This document shows, piece by piece, positions 1 to 13,712 of a stretch of 64,000 bases of DNA (the stretch's first letter is position 1; each line of letters opens with the position of its first letter). The position numbers and the translations under genes are program-made. The notes under the pieces were generated by a model. That model made no database searches, was not told the DNA's origin, and saw nothing but the letters and a program-made list of their open reading frames with translations. The stretch comes from Ptychomitrium polyphyllum (Eukaryota), in contig OZ316776.1 of assembly GCA_973851085.1 (NCBI GenBank), positions 8,742,001-8,806,000 of the forward strand, in the 5' to 3' direction.

Positions 1-2156
1 TTCATTAAAGAAAGAAGCATGGGAGGCTTTGAGGAAAGCGGTAATGTATCACCGTGGAAAGCCTATTGGCACCATTGCTGCAACAACATTGGATCCATTA
101 GAAGATGCACTCAACTACAATCAGGTTTACATAACAATATACAAATCAATAAGTATTTTTCTGCGTTTCATTTCTTACTTGTAAATGCAAGCATTCTTTT
201 AAATGATTATATAGATATTATAAAAATGTTATCTTGAACACTAAACTTTAAGGAAATTTTAAAACGGTACTCAAAAAGATGTACTCTTGTTTATATTGTT
301 TATATAATAAGTTCATATTCTAGCAAACATGTCCCAAAAAGATTTCTACCACATAGTAAAATTCATATGTTTGTTAATGCAATGCTAGCATTTAATGTAT
401 CACAGGTTTTTATGAGAGACTTTTTTTCTGCTGGAATTTCATTTCTTATAGCTGGAGAACCTGAAATGGTGAAGAATTTCCTTTTGATGGCTGTACAATT
501 GCAAGGAAATGAGAAACAAGTGGATTGTTTTACTTTGGGAGAAGGTGTTATGCCTGCTAGTTTTAAGGTACATCAATGTAAATAAAACAGCGATTATGAT
601 TTTATTTAATTTTATAAGTCATAATATCAAAGTAAGGCAATATGAAAGCTATTCCAATATTTAGATTGAAAGGGATAGTTCAAATTCAAATAAAATTGTA
701 ATTTTGAACAGGTTACAGTAGATCCCAAGACCAAAAGTGAAACTGTAGAAGCTGATTTTGGTGAAGCTGCAATTGCAAGGGTTGCTCCTGTAGACTCTGG
801 TTTTTGGTGGATTGTTCTTCTTCGAGCATATACCCATTCTACTGGAGACCACTCAGTTGCAAACAGTCCTCAGTGTCAATTGGGAATAATCCGTTGTTTG
901 AATCTTTGTCTGAAAGATGGTTTTGATACATTTCCAACATTACTTTGTGCTGATGGATGTTCTATGATTGATCGACGTATGGTACGTTCATCCTAGTTGT
1001 AAAGCTTTCATTTTAACAAAACGAAGTAGAAGCTTTGAAGTGATTAATAGTAACTGTACAATGTTATCAATCAAATCCAAATGATAATTACAGGGCATTT
1101 ATGGATATCCTCTTGACATTCAATCCCTTTTCTACATGGCGCTTCGATGCGGTAAAGAATTGTTAAGGCGAGAAGGAGATGTGATGGAATTTGTAGAGCG
1201 CATTGATAAGCGTTTACATGCACTCACCTTCCATATGCGCCAATATTTTTGGCTAGATCACAGGCAACTCAACAACATCTATCGCTATAAAACAGAAGAA
1301 TATTCTTTTACTGCTGTGAATAAGTTCAACATCATGCCTGATTCTCTTCCAGATTGGATATTTGATTTCATGCCAAGTAAAGGTGGTTACATGGTAGGAA
1401 ATGTTTCACCTGCTTTTATGGACTTTAGATGGTTTACAATAGGCAATTTTTTAGCTATTACATCTTCTTTGGCAACCCCTCAACAATCTCAAGCTATAAT
1501 GGACTTAATAGAAGAACGCTGGGATGAAATTATTGGAGAAATGCCTGTAAAATGTGCATATCCAGCTTTAGAGGGGGAGGAGTGGCGTATTGTTACTGGA
1601 TGTGATCCCAAGAACACAAGATGGAGCTATCACAATGGTGGCTCTTGGCCTGGTATATAATCATGTCAAATTAAGGTTTTCACATGTTTTTTGGTTTTTA
1701 CACAATGCCTTAGACTGCTTCAATGATCTATTATTAAGTTGTGGAAACCAAATAAGATAGTTCACCAAGCTTATAAACAAGAACTTATTTTACGTCCACC
1801 ATATTCAAATTTAGGATGTTTCTAATATTGTATTTGTTCGTGCAGTATTTTTGTGGTTTTTAACAGCAGCAGCAATTAAAGCGGGAAGGCCACAAATCGC
1901 TCGTAGAGCAATTGAAGTTGCTGAACGAAGGCTTTATGAAGACGATTGGCCTGAATACTACGATGGAAAATTAGGACGTACCATTGGCAAGCAAGCTCGT
2001 AAATTGCAAACTTGGTCAATTTCCGGATATTTATTATCGAAATTGTTGTTGGAAGATCCTTCTCATGTTAGCATGCTTTGTATGGATGAAGACAAACGAT
2101 GTCGAACCAATCCACTAGCAAGATCATCTTCTTATATAGGAGGTGGAGGAGGGTAA
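1..2156 (+). CDS. Alkaline/neutral invertase (GH100), cytosolic (CINV-like) type; 5' end lies outside the window. Exons about <1-124, 406-567, 712-981, 1094-1652, 1846-2156
   Basis: The spliced translation gives ...[23 protein letters not shown]...LNYNQ|VFMRDF...[11 protein letters not shown]...[20 protein letters not shown]...[23 protein letters not shown]...[17 protein letters not shown]...[10 protein letters not shown]...[12 protein letters not shown]. These are hallmark GH100 motifs. DSGFWW is typical of the cytosolic clade. All introns are GT-AG and phase-compatible. Confidence 0.95.
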
Positions 2157-2388
2157 GACTATTCTAACTATCTATGCATTGATTGTATATGCAATAATCA
2201 TTGTTTACATTATTTATTCATGTATTTGTAACCATTATTGTTTAAATATTGTAAAAATATATCTTTTATGCAACTCTTATGAACAGATTTGATTTTTATT
2301 TATTGTTCTTTTAGAAATCTCACATCCTTCATTAAAATGAATTATGCAGTAGTTGTGACAAAGGATGTAGACCAACAATGCAACGTGG

Positions 2389-3720
2389 TCATGCACACTC
2401 AATACATTCACCATCTTGTCCTTTATCTAATCCAAATCTTAGAAACAATTTAGAAAGTTATTGCGGATTATAGAATGTATTTTTTCATCTAACAATGAGT
2501 TTTTTAGTATACAATTCAAATTATTGAAATAATAAAAGTTTTGAATGTCAAAAATACACACTTGTTGTCATCTTCAATGTAAAAGTATAGGAAAATAAAT
2601 TTATTACATCAAAATTTGATAAAAAATATTACATTGATTATATTCTATTTTATTATAGATACATATAAATTATTTTTATGGTCATGTCATTAATGTGATT
2701 TACATGTTGATGTGATTAATTTCATTTGGAATATTATGTACATTTATAGATGAAAAAACATCAAACATATTTGTCAATTGTTTGATTGAAAAAAAAAACT
2801 TTTAAAAATATTAGTCCCAAGACCATCAAATTTTTTTAAAACACTAGATTTTAATATTAAAAAAATCAATTTTGCAATTTCAATTAAATTTGATTGTAGT
2901 GTTAACATATATTACAATTATTACATCAAACACTACTATTTCAATGCTACTTACTTCACTTGCAAGTAATTAAAAAAACTATAACAACCACAATAAGTAT
3001 TCATTCAACCTACTTATATAGCAAAAAATATAAAATATACAACTTTGCAATTGACACAATGTAGAATTCTAACATATTTGTTTTTACAAATTTGAAAAAA
3101 TATATGGGAAATGAAATTCCTTCTAGTTGCTACATAAATCCCACCACATACTTTGCATTTTCTAAAATGTCCTTGATGGATACTTCATCAATCGCATCAA
3201 TGCCTCTTTGCAATATTTTTATGAGCGTTGTAGATCACAATAAAAACATAACAACTCAAAACTATAGATTTGCAAAAAAAATTCTTTTATAAATTAATAA
3301 GATGTGAATATAGAATAAATTTTTGAATTTTAATTCTACTACAAATTATGAAATTAAATCCACCATATAATTGTTTTAATGGAATAGAATACATTAAAAA
3401 ACCATGCATATATTCAACATGTCTTGGATTTTATTTTGTTATAAATAAAAAGTACAAAATTACATAATTATACTTTCAAAATTAAAATATCCATCTTACA
3501 AATAAAATATTTTTAAACTTAAGTATATTTTAATACATTTATATATAGTATCACTTCTATTAATGTATTATAGTAAATCTTTAAAAACTATTACTTTAAA
3601 ATTTTCTTTTGAAGATTAAATATTCATTCTATAAAACATTATTAAAAGTGTCAAGTTTTATTAAAGATTTATAGCTTACGTTTTTACATATTGCCTTGTG
3701 CCATGTAATTTCTTGAAATA
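2389..3720 (-). CDS. Putative 3' part of an unannotated small-exon gene (exons 3720-3680, 3205-3152, 2437-2389); unknown product
   Basis: Three short segments join in frame through gtaag and gtatg donors and AG acceptors (phase 2 at both junctions): YFKKLHGTRQYVKT-GIDAIDEVSIKDILENAK-FGLDKGQDGECIECA*. The acceptor contexts are weak. Confidence 0.4.
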
Positions 3721-6700
3721 CTATAATCTAAGTTTTTCTTTTTCTTCTTTAATTCAACATAAATAAATGCTAATAAATATTGATATTATATCTGGTTATG
3801 TCATAGATATTCTTATTTATAGAAGATGTTAAAATGATTATATTAAACAAACTCAACAATTCTCTCTTTATAATGACATATATCAACATTTTCAATACAG
3901 TATATAAAAACTCTTAAATTCAGTTATATACAACTAAATGATTTTCAATAACTACAAAAATAAGTGTTTTGATTGTGGTGGTTTCAAAATTGTAATTGTT
4001 GTTTGAATTTTTTTTTAATATAATCTAAAGATAGATATATAATAAAATTCACAATTAAATAATTACAACGTTGAATCTTCATAATAAATAATGAAAAACT
4101 TCATAATAAATTGGTAGATATAAAAAATTTGTAACTTGTTTTTTTTTATCTATTTATCTATGCATGAAAGTTTTATGAAAGTTTCAAAGAAACCACAATT
4201 AAAACAAGGCATCATGATAGAATAAATTAAATTTAAATTTAAAATCTTGAGACTCTATAAATAATGTTCCAAATATGTTCAGAAAATTAGAACAATGTTC
4301 TTGGTTGAAAAGACTTTCAAAAAGAGTCATAATTAATATTAATAAAAAAATTGACTAAAATGTATATTCAATTTCCATCAAATAGAAGTAATTAGATAAC
4401 AAAAGCATAAATTTTATAATTTTTAATAATAATAAAAATAATATTTTTTACACAATAAGTTGTTGTTTTTTAAAAGAACCAAGTTACAAGGAGGCCTTGA
4501 GACAATTCCAAACTATAAGTGCTTCCATTGCTAATGTATATCTAAAGATAAAATTGAAGTAATACATTGTATTCATAAAGCAAATTTGACATTGTTTAAT
4601 TATTTCTTTTAAGAAAGTGTCTAAGTTTCATCTTCAATTAGTTTGCATCTTTTCAAAACGTGATTTGTTTTTAACAGCTATTGTTGGTTTGGCTTTGAAG
4701 TGCCAAAGTTGCTCCTTCCATAAAGATGGTGTTAACACAAAATCATTCATTTTCATAGATAACATCAAATTGAATGTTTGTAGATGTTTTAGATTTTGAA
4801 GAATTACATTTGTAATGTTTTTGGAATTTTAAGAAATGTTTACAATGTAAAAGAAACAAATACAAAGCACCAAGCGTGCACAAATGGATGGGTGTAAATG
4901 TGCAAAAAGAGTGTTTGTAGTATAAAGACGTTTTAATATAAAGTGTATACTATATGAGAAGATATGAATGGAAGTTGATTAAATCTTGGAAAGGTACATA
5001 GGCAATGTTTGAAATGGTTTTAAGAAGTTCATATTTGAAAAGCTAATATAGAAAGTATTCTTTATTTTGGAAAGACAAGTTTACATTAGGTTTTTATTTA
5101 AGCTCCTTTGGAAATGGCAAATGATTATAAGTAAATATGGCTTCTATCACATTTTTAATGAAATGGCATTTAATTCATGTTTTTATACAATTGTAAAAGT
5201 AAAAAATTAAAAACAAATAATAAATAATAACCACAAATTTTTTTTATTTTTTTTATAAACAATAAGAATGAAAAAATAAAAAAATAAAAAGTAAGTTTTA
5301 TAAGTATAGACACATAGGCAACAAGATTTAACCATATTATAAGGTATCTTTTAATACTTTGTAGAGAAACCTAAAATGGTTTATTTATTACAAGAGTAAT
5401 TAATGATCATCATGTTAATTTTAAAAAGAGCTAAGTGCACATATAATCAACTTTGCATCTTTGAAACAAAAAAAAGATTTTGAGTTCATAATTCTTATAT
5501 AAACAATAATTTTTTTAATATTTTTTAATATTAACTATATTATTTTACAAAAATCAAATGACCTTTCAATCATATCTATTTATATAATTAATACTTTGCA
5601 TTAAACATATTTTACATTAGACATTCTTTTATTTATATAACCTCAACAACCATTTTAAGAATTAAGCTTATTATATGAAGTCACATTTCATATAGTTTAC
5701 AATTTTTTTAATTATAACAACTTTTTATAATAAAAATTTGTTAAAATCTAAAAGTCCATAAGATAAAATGTTCTATGTATGACCAATTTTGGTACCTTAA
5801 TGCCAAAACAACTAATATTTTTAATGATACAACATTAATATTAAAAAATATTAAACCAATATAAAAATCACATGTCATTTTAAAGAAATTCTTTTATATC
5901 CAAATTGTTGTAAGAAATCAAAAATGCTTATTGCAAGTATTTAATAATGTTTATTGGTGCCATTGTCATAAGTGGTTAAAAATAACACGTAATCATTAAT
6001 TTTTTAATTTTTCTTTATATTAAAAATATGGATCAAAAAAAAAATTTAAATGTTCCTTAAATGTGTTTAAAATACATATGAGCAAATAAGGGTAGTAGGG
6101 TTGCATATTATTTATAACATATTGTGTATATTTTAGCACTTTAGTAGCGCAATTGATGTAATGTTGCTATATAATAGAGATAATTGTGAATATAATATTT
6201 GAAGAAATTTGATTCTATTATCTTTGTTTGTTAGAAATATATGCAAAAGAATTAGTTATTACAATTGTAAAACAAACTTTATAATGAAATTCAAGGGATT
6301 TTATGTACAATAATCAAGTAATAGTAATAATTGTCCATCAATTGCTCCTCATATCCACATATAAGTAGAATTTTGCATTAGATAAACCATCTTCAATCTT
6401 TAATTGTCATAAAATTTCTTTTAAATTTTTTTTTGGAACAAATTCAAATAATATTTTAACCTTAATGAATATGTCTTAATTCTAAATAAAATCAACTTAT
6501 TTTTTTTGTTTAAATCATAGTTACTATATAAACAAGGTTAAGTTTTTATGGAATAATATAAAAAGATATATTACAATTAGAAATTAAGATATTTAAATAC
6601 TTATTGGTATACATTTTTCTTATTTATTCTTATGAAAGAATCAAAAACTAAATATTAAGTCTTACAAGATATTTTTTAAAAAAAAATCAATATATTTGTA

Positions 6701-7586
6701 AAAACATGGCAAATTCGTTACATAATAATAGTGCATTATTATCTTTTTTTAGATTCAAATTCTCCAAGTACTTCTAAATAATTTTGAATTACAAATGTTT
6801 GATTCACAAAAACAAACTTCAATATTATTGATAACAATGCCACATTTGCTATCAAAAGTTTTCTGTATTATTACAATCAAATTGTCCATTAAAATACTTT
6901 TAATCAATTTTGCAAACCAATATCTCATTATAATTTTTTATTTTTTTTTGCCAATTATGCTTTTATTTTGTAAATATGCCACCACATTTATAATTATATA
7001 CAAAAAATAAAGGTTAAACCATCAAAATAATTTGCAAAGATAAAGTGCAATGCTTAATATCTATAAACATCCAATATCAATTTCAAATAGTATAACGTAT
7101 TGATTAATGGAAAATATTTCCGTTATTTGGAAGTAAATAATTATATAGCTTTAATTCAAGTTTAAGAAAGTGATATCATTAAAAAATATTATTTTAGCAT
7201 CAAAGTTCTAACAATCACTTTACATTATAGATTTTTATTTTCATAAATATATATCATTTATGAAATTGAAAATGTATAAAAAGATTTAAAAGAGTATATA
7301 TCATATGAAAAGACATAAATAAAAAGTTGGTTAATTATTGGAAAGTTACATAAACATGATTTCAAATGGTTTCAAAATACAATGTTGATTTATTTTGGAG
7401 AAACAACATTAATTAGATTAGCACTCGATTATCTTTAGACATCATCAAAATTAGCTTTTTAAGTTTGGTTTTTAATTTTATTAAAAAGTTTTGAAACATT
7501 CAAAAAAACTTGCTTGATTTTTTTTCTTAAATCAAAGGTTTTTATATGTAGTACAAATTTCTAAATGTTACCAAAATTTGATTAGA

Positions 7587-10069
7587 ATGAGGTCCAATGA
7601 ACTTAAAAAGTGTAGATGTTTTCGACCTTGTAGAAATTTTTCTTCAAGAGCAAAAACATCAAAAATTAAGAATGTGTCATCTGGACAACAAAACTACCAA
7701 TGGCAAGAGCCATCTTACAATCTTCATGATCTTAACAATTTTAAAATTATTCCATGCATTCCTAATCAATTAGAGAATTGTAAAGGAATTGGGCAATATC
7801 CTTCTGAAGATTGTCATTGTACGCGCGTTGTTAATCCACATTTCAAGATTCAAGAAGAAAAAAGAGGTATGGAAGAATATGACAATGAATACATTCAAGA
7901 AGAACTTAAAGAGTATGTTAAAAAAATAATGAGTGCACCAAATAAAAACTATAGAACTCACAAATTTAACAAAGATTCTTATAAATTTGATTGTTGCAAG
8001 GAAGATGGCTATAAAACATGGCTAGAGTATCCTCCAAAAGACTATTCAGCATCTAAAATGAAACAAGTAAGTGAACATTTTATAAATGCAGAACAACAAA
8101 ATTTAAAACTTAAAAAGGAAGCTAATCTTGATCAAACAATGAATTCACCTTCAAAGAATCCAAGAATAGATGATATTCATGAGCACCTATTAGATTTGAC
8201 AAATCCAGAGTCCATGGACAATCAACAAAAAGTGAATCATGAATTTAAAAAGGATAACAATTGCACCAATCAACCAAAAAAAAATGCAAGATTGCCTTAT
8301 ATTACAAAAATGTTTCAACAAAATTCTCACAAAAAAAAATTGTCTTTTAAAAAACCACCACATTTTGGATGTCCAACACAATCACTAACTTTTAGTAATA
8401 AGAAGTGCAGATGGGATGGATGCCATGGTTCCATGAAGACAAAATGTTTGGATGATCCCAATAAAAGACACATGTTTACAAAACAATGTCAAGTATGGCA
8501 TTGTGGAGGATGTTGTAAAATGAAGCGTAACCATATTGCATATGAGTCTATGCAACTTCTCCAACAATCTGACACACTCCTTGAAAACAAAAAGCTTCAA
8601 AATAATTTGTTGCAAGAGCACCAAAGGCAACAATCCTTAGGTGAACAATAAAAGATTATGATATTAATTTTTTTGAAATTTCTTAATTTTAATTTAATTG
8701 AAAAGTCCTTTTTTATAATGTTACAAATTCTTTTGAAGGTTTTTTACAAACTCAATCTTTTGTAGTGATCATTGTAATAATTTATTTTAACTTGAATTGT
8801 AAAAAATATAAATTATAATTTTAATATTATATAAATGAAATGATAGAATAACGTTGTAACAATTAAGTTGGATGAATGATTTGGCTTAAAATAAAAATAA
8901 TCTTAAAGTCAAAGTTATTGAATTTATAATTTTTTATATATAAAAAGAGTGTGGGTTGCAATATTATATTAACCATTTTAAACTAATTACATTTTAAAGA
9001 TCATTTACATATATAAATGCTATTCAAAAATAAAAGCGTAGAACTAAATAGTTTTTTGGAACAAATTGTAATTCACACTAATTTTTATTATGAAGGTTGA
9101 AGCCATTTTTTTTTTATCTATTTATGTGTTTGAAAAAATATTAATCTTGTGTGTATTGTCTAAGGTGGATATTAAATGTTAACGCAGGTCAAGTGTGTGG
9201 ATACATCATCAGGAAATCCAAAGGACATCCAAGCAACAATTTCATCTTTTAATACAAGGATGGTGCAAAAAGGGATGGAATGCCAACCACAAATAAAAGA
9301 TATGAACTTGTCTACTTTAAATGACCAACTTCCCATGCCAAATGTAAGTTGTGGATCTTTATGATGTAATTAGATCAAAAATTTTAGCATAGAAGAGTTT
9401 ATTTTGAAAATCAAAGACTTTGAGCTATTGGAATATCTACATTAAAATTCCACAAAGATTATGAAGTTCATATATTAGAAGAATTATTGTAGGATTTCTA
9501 AGTTTAAAAACATTATCTTCTAAAAAAAAGAATATTGATCAATTCTACAAATATTATTAAAATTCCATAATATTTTTGGTCAATTTCCAAAATAAATTAT
9601 AAATTTTCATTTTTTTATTTGTAAAAACATTGTTAAAGTTCCAAAAAAATTAATTCTTTATAATATTAATATTATTAAAAACATCAATTTATGATAATTA
9701 AAAAAAAATTGACAAATTTTATAGGAATTTGATGCTGATCACTATGGTTATACTTCAAAATATGCAAGTTTAAAACCATTTGAGAATCAAAGACTATTTG
9801 ATTGTCAAAATACATCAAAAGTTTCAATAAACTATTTAACACAAGATTGTCCGTATAAAAATGATAAATCACCACGACCTTGTGTTTGCTTGAATAATAA
9901 AAACACAGAAAAGGCAAAAGATTGCACAATTAATGCAAGTTGTGGTTGGAAATCACCATTCCACCTTGCTGATTATTTCCAAAAAATTCGGCTAGAAAAG
10001 ATCAAGGAGAGAAGTCTTCCACCAAAGAATCTTCCAAAGCCATGTTATATCATATTTCCTACAAGATGA
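7587..10069 (+). CDS. Putative orphan Cys/Lys/Asn-rich protein with about 3 exons (about 7587-8640, 9213-9343 or 9188-9343, and 9725-10069)
   Basis: A 357-codon uninterrupted ORF lies in very AT-rich DNA. A second open segment ends at a strong phase-0 donor (AAT|gtaagt, 9344). A 114-codon open terminal segment follows tttatag| at 9725 (EFDADHYG...CYIIFPTR*). The exon 1-2 junction is ambiguous. No family was recognised. Confidence 0.55.
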
Positions 10070-13000
10070 TGAGCGCTTTTAATTATTGTGAAAAATAAAT
10101 CAATTAAAAAAAAGGCTAATAAGAATTCTATATATTATATTGTTAATTATAACAATCATTGCTATATATATATGCTACTATCTTCAAAACATTCTTAAAC
10201 AATCCATAAAATATTATTTATAACATTTATTTGTATTTGTTTAATATTTTTTTTTCCTTATTAAAAATATCATGTTGAGATATTCCTTCAGAATGTTCTA
10301 AGGCAATTTATGCTATACTCAAATTAATACAATAATTCATTAAGAAATTTTGAAGCAATACTAAGGTAAAGGTGCAAAATCTGAAGTTGTATTAATGTGT
10401 AAATTATAAGTTAATGTATCACATACAAAATAAATTTGAAAATTACATTTAAAATTTGAATAAATAATTTTGAATTAAAGTGCAAGTAGTCCTTTTTTAT
10501 TCATTTTATATGGTCTTTTTATTATTAAATTCATTTATTAGAAATAAAATATTTTAACTGATTTAAAATTTTGTTGATTTTTACAATGTTTTACAATTTA
10601 CTTTAAATTGACAAATATTTTATATGTTTTTTAAAACTTTCAAATTCATATATATTTCGAATTACTATGCTATATATTTTATTTTTAATAAAATTATACT
10701 AAAGTTGTAAAGGTCACATATTAAATGAATTTTTTTTCCAAATGCATTTATTTCTTTTGGATCAAAGATACCAAAAGCATTTATTTTATAATTTGTTCTT
10801 TAAATTTGGCATTTCATTTAAAAAATAATAAGAACATGTAAATATTACTTTGTTGTGTCAAAATGAGAAATAAATTATAAATAATTGTAGGTGATTTTGG
10901 AACGTTTTCACATTTCAAAGTTTAAATATAAGAACTGTGTAAAAGATGTTTAATAATATTTATAGACTAATGCTAGGATGGCCTTCCACTTAAAAATCTA
11001 TACTATAACTTAACTTTAATTGGGATTAAAACTTATTCAATCAAATTTCAATAGTATTTAAAAACTTATTATAAACTTACATGTAGCCAATACTATGAAG
11101 CAATTTCATCCATAAAGCAAAGAAATTAATACAATTTCTTAAATATCGATTTATCTACTATGGCCAATATATTATCTATAAATTGTTTTAAAAACATTTA
11201 ATGGTTAATTAATTGAAGTATATGCATTGATGATAATTAGCATTAATAAAGCGTCTTAAAAATTATAAAATACTAAAGAAAAATGAGCACTATATAATCA
11301 TTTTATTACGTAAAATTACAAATTACATGCAATGATTTGGATGTTGTATAAGAATAGAACTTTTGATTGAATATAACCAATTTTTTGTTCCTAAATATTT
11401 ACATTAGAATTGATTTTTAGTATTGTAGAGCTACCATAATGATTTAATTTGAAATTTGGACTTCCATCATCATTGCTTCTTTCAAAAGTTTAAAAGACCA
11501 CTCCAATCAAAAGCCAAAACTACCTCATGTTTTATACGTCATTGTTATTAATTTTATAAAAAATATGAATAAAATCTAAAACAATTCTAATTTCAATTTA
11601 AAAAAATAATTTCCATCAATAAATTTTCTTACTTATTTAGATTATATTGAAAATATATTTTTGTAAATAAAATATATTATATAATTAAATAATTAAAGCT
11701 TAATTTGCATAAGCCTTGCAAAATTGATTAAAGTTATTTTTCAATGATTTTAAATTAAATCCTTCAAAAAAACTCTACATGCCTTCACTATTAATTTATA
11801 AGAATGTACTCAATTTTCTTAATATCTCTTTGTATTCAAATTTATCTTTATATAGTTATATATTTTATTAGTTATAATATTATAAAATATCAAATCTCGC
11901 ATATCATGATTTATATTTTAATTTAATTAATTTTTACTTTCTAGATAACTGGTTTGCCACATCATGGAGACATAGCCTAAAATACATTATATTAATTTTT
12001 TAACAAGTTGTTTTTTTCTAAGATACAAAGTTTGAAGTTCTATTTTTTCTAAATTACAAAGTGCATAATTGTGAGATTAGAGGTTTCTTTAGATGCCAAA
12101 GATCCTAGGATGTAGAAATATACTTTATTTCTGTATTTAGAATGCATATTATCATCTATTTTCTTTGTTCTTTCAAATGCAAAAAACTAATAGGATCTTA
12201 TTCTAAAATAAATCAAAATAAAATTGGTACTTCAAAGGAATTGTTTTTATTACAATAAGAACAAATAATGAATAATGATATAAAATAAAAACATTTGACA
12301 TCATTGATATTCTTAAGTAGGAATCATTATATTATATGTTCATATTATATGCATGAAAAAATACATTTTTTTGAATAAAATAGATTTTGTCATAGATTTG
12401 TTTGGAACTAAATTAGATTTAAGGTTTTTATTTTTACATTACTTATGTTAAAGAGCAATGTGCACATATGGGCTAATTGATATAATATATATGATAATTT
12501 TTTTGGAAACTTCAAAGTTTTAATAACAAATATCTCTTATTTACAAGATTCAATCTTCAACCATTTAAGACCAAAATTTATAAAATGCATACTAAAATGA
12601 TTATTTCTCCATAACAAAAAAATCTTTTTTCCTTTGGAATCATTGAAATTCAAATTGTAAAAGTACATTGGAAATGATATTTTCTTGTATCAATTGTAAA
12701 TAAGAAGCTCAATATCAAATGCAAATTGTTTTACTAGAATTGTAAATATTAAATATTAATAAGATTTAATAAAAATAAGAAGAAATTATATACACAATAT
12801 ACATACATATACATTCTTCTTAAGATACAATTCCTATTGAACGTTTGAGCTTAATGGTAGTTCACTCATTTCAATAGTATGTGGATGTAATTCGTTTTCA
12901 TTACCTTATTTTTCTTCCCTGTTCCTTTCCCTCTTTCTGTTTCCTTCCCTTTTTTTTCACTTTATGTCAATTCCTATTTTTCTTTTTTCCTAGGGAATTT

Positions 13001-13628
13001 ATTTCTAGTCCCTATAGAGTTGTTGTACAGTAAATGAAAATAGGAAATGTTACAATGTGCAATATCACCCACCATAATAATGCATCACAAATTTAGGCCA
13101 ATGAAATCCTCTTACAATTCATTCCCAATTGAAGTTATGCAATGTGACACAAAATCCGGGGTGGAACTCTGACATCCCTAAATGACATTAAAAACGAGTT
13201 TGCAAGCAGGAGAGAGCCAAGCGGGCACGGTTACAGCGATTGCCGTCACTGAGTGCATAGCGTATGGCCGCGAAACGAGAAAGGCATACCTAAATCCGAC
13301 ATCATCTACTCGCTCCCGTACACTTCAACGAGTGAAATGTACGCCTTTTATAGATGATATCGATTCTGGGTGCAGTAACACTTTTAGACATCAACCTCCC
13401 TGATGCGGGACTGGAGTCGTATGGGGGGTGTTGAGCTTACGGGTTTGCAAGCAACAAGCTGCAGAAGAACGTAGGCCAACGGAGCCTGCATCCGAATGAT
13501 GCAACGTCCTGCAGGGAACTTGTGACTGACACCTTTCCCGGTTTTCACGCGGGTATCATCCTAGTGTCGCTAAACTATCCGTCGGGGAAAGGAAACACTG
13601 GACGAACTAGTGATTGATACCTCTTCCG

Positions 13629-13712
13629 GGTATAAAGGGTATAGTGATGGTATAACTTGAATATAGATTGGAATTTAGATCAGTATAACACCAGTATGAT
13701 CACGGTATCGGA
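13629..13712 (+). promoter_or_regulatory. Phased array of RGTAT-like motifs with an 11-bp period upstream of the A_thal_3526 gene
   Basis: GGTAT at 13638 and 13649, AATAT at 13660, degenerate GAATT at 13671, AGTAT at 13682 and 13693, GGTAT at 13704. Extra copies lie at 13552, 13629 and (reverse strand) 13617. The function is inferred. Confidence 0.45.

Noticed and set aside
12843..12905. tRNA or tRNA-derived SINE (gagcttaatggtag...aattcgtttt)
   Set aside because: There is only an A-box-like stretch. The B-box is degenerate and no cloverleaf stems can be paired. At most it is an unrecognisable relic.
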